64,000 nt of DNA from Felis catus. Lineage: Eukaryota. The notes below the pieces were generated by a model. The model was not told where the DNA came from. It saw only the letters and a list, made by a program, of their open reading frames with translations, and did no database searches. The DNA lies in assembly GCF_018350175.1 (NCBI RefSeq), contig NC_058368.1, positions 14,324,001-14,388,000 on the forward strand. Direction: 5' to 3'. Below, piece by piece: positions 61,670 to 64,000 of the stretch (position 1 is its first letter; each line of letters opens with the position of its first letter). Both the position numbers and the translations under genes were made by a program.

Positions 61670-62730
61670 ACTCGAATGATCATCTCTGTGTTGATGTGTC
61701 ACAAATCCATACCTCCAATCCTGACCTCTGTTAGTTCTTCATCATCATTTTCTATTTATTGGTGGACATTTTCCAAACTGATGCCCTTGTTCTCCTCTTG
61801 TTGTTATACTGTTATACCTCTTTCTTCTTAAGGAGAAGTCAAGAGCTTTACTTGAGAAGTGCGTCTCTCGTTTCTCCCCTTGTTTCTATCATTGACTTGA
61901 GCCATTGTTATAATTTCAGAGACTTGACATCCTAGCCATTACTGAGTCCTTTCTTTGCCCTTTGCTCCTTCTCTACTATCCCCATGCTCTGTTCATCAGC
62001 AAGTCTTGTGGATTCTCATTCTTTCCTGGTATCTTTCACATGTGTTGCTGTCATACCCACCACCATCACCCTAGTTCAGGTCTTTATCACTTTGTTACTG
62101 GACTGTGGCTCCCTGTGCTGTCTTTCCCATTTCTAGACTATCCTAAGGAATACTGCTGGACTGACTTTCTCATAGACACTTCTATCATGCTACTCCCCTG
62201 CTAAAAACCTTAGATTGACTCCCAATTCTCTTGGAAGGAGGGATGGAGGAAATGAGGGAGGGAGGGAAGAAAGCCTCCTCTGGTACTCAAAGCACTTCAC
62301 TCTCTCAGTATTCCTTAGCAGTATTTCACTATTAGCTTCTTGATGTCCATACTTGAATGCACTGCCTATTGATTATTTTCCAAACATAATTCATACATTT
62401 CTTTCTCTGCCTTTTTACCTCTCACTCTTCACCTCTCAGAATTGCATTCCTTCCTTAAGATCAAATATATCCTTTCCCTGATTTTCTCAAATAAAAGTGA
62501 TCTTTCCTTCTCGATAATCTTATATCACTTAAAGATATAAGGTAGTGTTGGTATCGTGTAGATAAGTGCTATTTAAAAGTATATATTTAAATTTATAAAT
62601 GTTTTTCATCCCCAAAATGGATTTCAAATTCCTGGGTGGAAGCAAAATTTTACCTTTTTCACCCTTGCCCCAAAATGCCTAGCATAGGACTGTATGCATA
62701 GTAGATAACCAACATGGAAATGTTGAATGG
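61670..62730 (+). mobile_element. Degraded L2 fragments
   Basis: ATCAGCAAGTCTTGTGGATTC...CCTAGTTCAGG...ACTCCCCTGCTAAAAACCTT...GAAATGTTGAATGG. Confidence 0.55.
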
Positions 62731-64000
62731 ATAACTTACCTTGAGGTATCAGAAATGTAGGAGGAAGATTAGGGCAGGTTTGGTGATTATGAGAAAAACT
62801 GCTGAAAGTGATCATAGTACCCATTTCATCTGTAGACTGATCACACCTAGAATACACAGACTGATTTTCATTCATTATATTTCATCCAAGATCACTATAA
62901 TACTGTAACGTGTTGAGTCCATTGGACAGACTGGCTGGCTTCTATTTTCTTTACTGATCATTATTAAAAACCAAACTTTGGTAAATAGGCTGAGATTCTG
63001 CACAGGCATCTCCAGTTGCCACTGTTCTCTTGGTGCCATAAGAGTGTGTAAGGGAGCAATTCCTGGGTCTCTTCCCTGCCTTATGTTGCACATGTGGCAG
63101 TTCTGAGCCTTCTTTTACCGTTAGATAGTCTTCCCTAAAGACACGGATTGCTCAGCACACTTCAAATAAATGTCTTCATTCAGGAGAACTTAGAGAGATT
63201 TTAAATAAATATTTTTAGTGCTCCAATGTACATGAATTATGAATCTCCAGTATTAAATATGTATATAAGCAGTGTTGGAAAATTATAAAATTATAATCAT
63301 CTGGCCGCTGATGGCAAATAGATATCTTACCTTGGCACGAACATACAACTGCACAGGCCTGCACGATTTCTAGTTGTGTCTGTAGAGAATGCAGTGGGAA
63401 AAAAAAATGCAGTTGTAATGCTTTCTCAGGAAAGTGCAAAAACATCCCTTTATAATTCCTCCTGGAGGACTCAGGTGAAGAACTTTTTAAGTCATTCAAT
63501 TATCAGATATTCATTGTCTATCTCTTGTGCCTTTCACTATGTCCTGATGATACCGCCACTGCCTTCACAGACTTCTTAGGCAAGTAGGAAACTTAAAAAC
63601 AACTGAGAGCACAATTACAATTCAGTGGGCCAAGTACTAAGTGATTAGAAAAGGAGAAATTATTAGGGATCATAAGGGAGGGGTATGTAAACACAATCCA
63701 GGAGAGCTTTCTGGAAGGCTGAATATGTTGGTCCTTTCAGCAGACCTGTCAAGCATATTTTTTTTTCTTTCTATCCTTCTGTTCTCAAGCATTATGCTAA
63801 TTAGTACAGTGGATATGTAACTCATAGCCTCCACAGTGAAAGGCAACTACATGAGAAAGAGAAATCATAAAAAGTATTTGGGTACACTTAAGATGATTCT
63901 CAGGTTTCTGCCTTGAGCGACAAAGGTACAGAAACTCTACCAGTGGAGATACAGAAATATTGGAGTAAAAACATGTTTTCTGGGAAGATGAAGAATTCAG

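Noticed and set aside
45000..64000. Further NBEA coding exons
   Set aside because: The next expected peptide (VLAYTEGLHGKW..., from recall) was not found; it probably lies beyond the window.

Overview
Mammalian genomic DNA, most likely a felid (young SINEC_Fc-type Can-SINEs and an L1_Fc-like 3' end). The window lies inside neurobeachin (NBEA, + strand). Three internal coding exons at 110-234, 20692-20835 and 40527-40663 splice in frame and encode the linker and start of the PH domain before the BEACH domain. The intron after the third exon holds the intronless antisense gene MAB21L1 (CDS 43253-44332, - strand, 359 aa, cGAS-like nucleotidyltransferase fold), with its 3' UTR poly(A) signals, a TATA/CCAAT promoter and three CpG islands. 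The first ~35 kb is dense in Can-SINEs (21 counted), L1, L2, MIR and hAT remnants. About 35.2-55.9 kb around MAB21L1 has no Can-SINE and keeps CpGs, typical of a developmental-gene regulatory block. Main leads: a candidate non-AUG N-terminal extension and a single uORF in the MAB21L1 leader, a possibly bidirectional promoter that could start a short NBEA isoform, tandem SINE arrays re-using one target site, and several candidate enhancers. No tools were run; repeat family names and cross-species comparisons are from recall.
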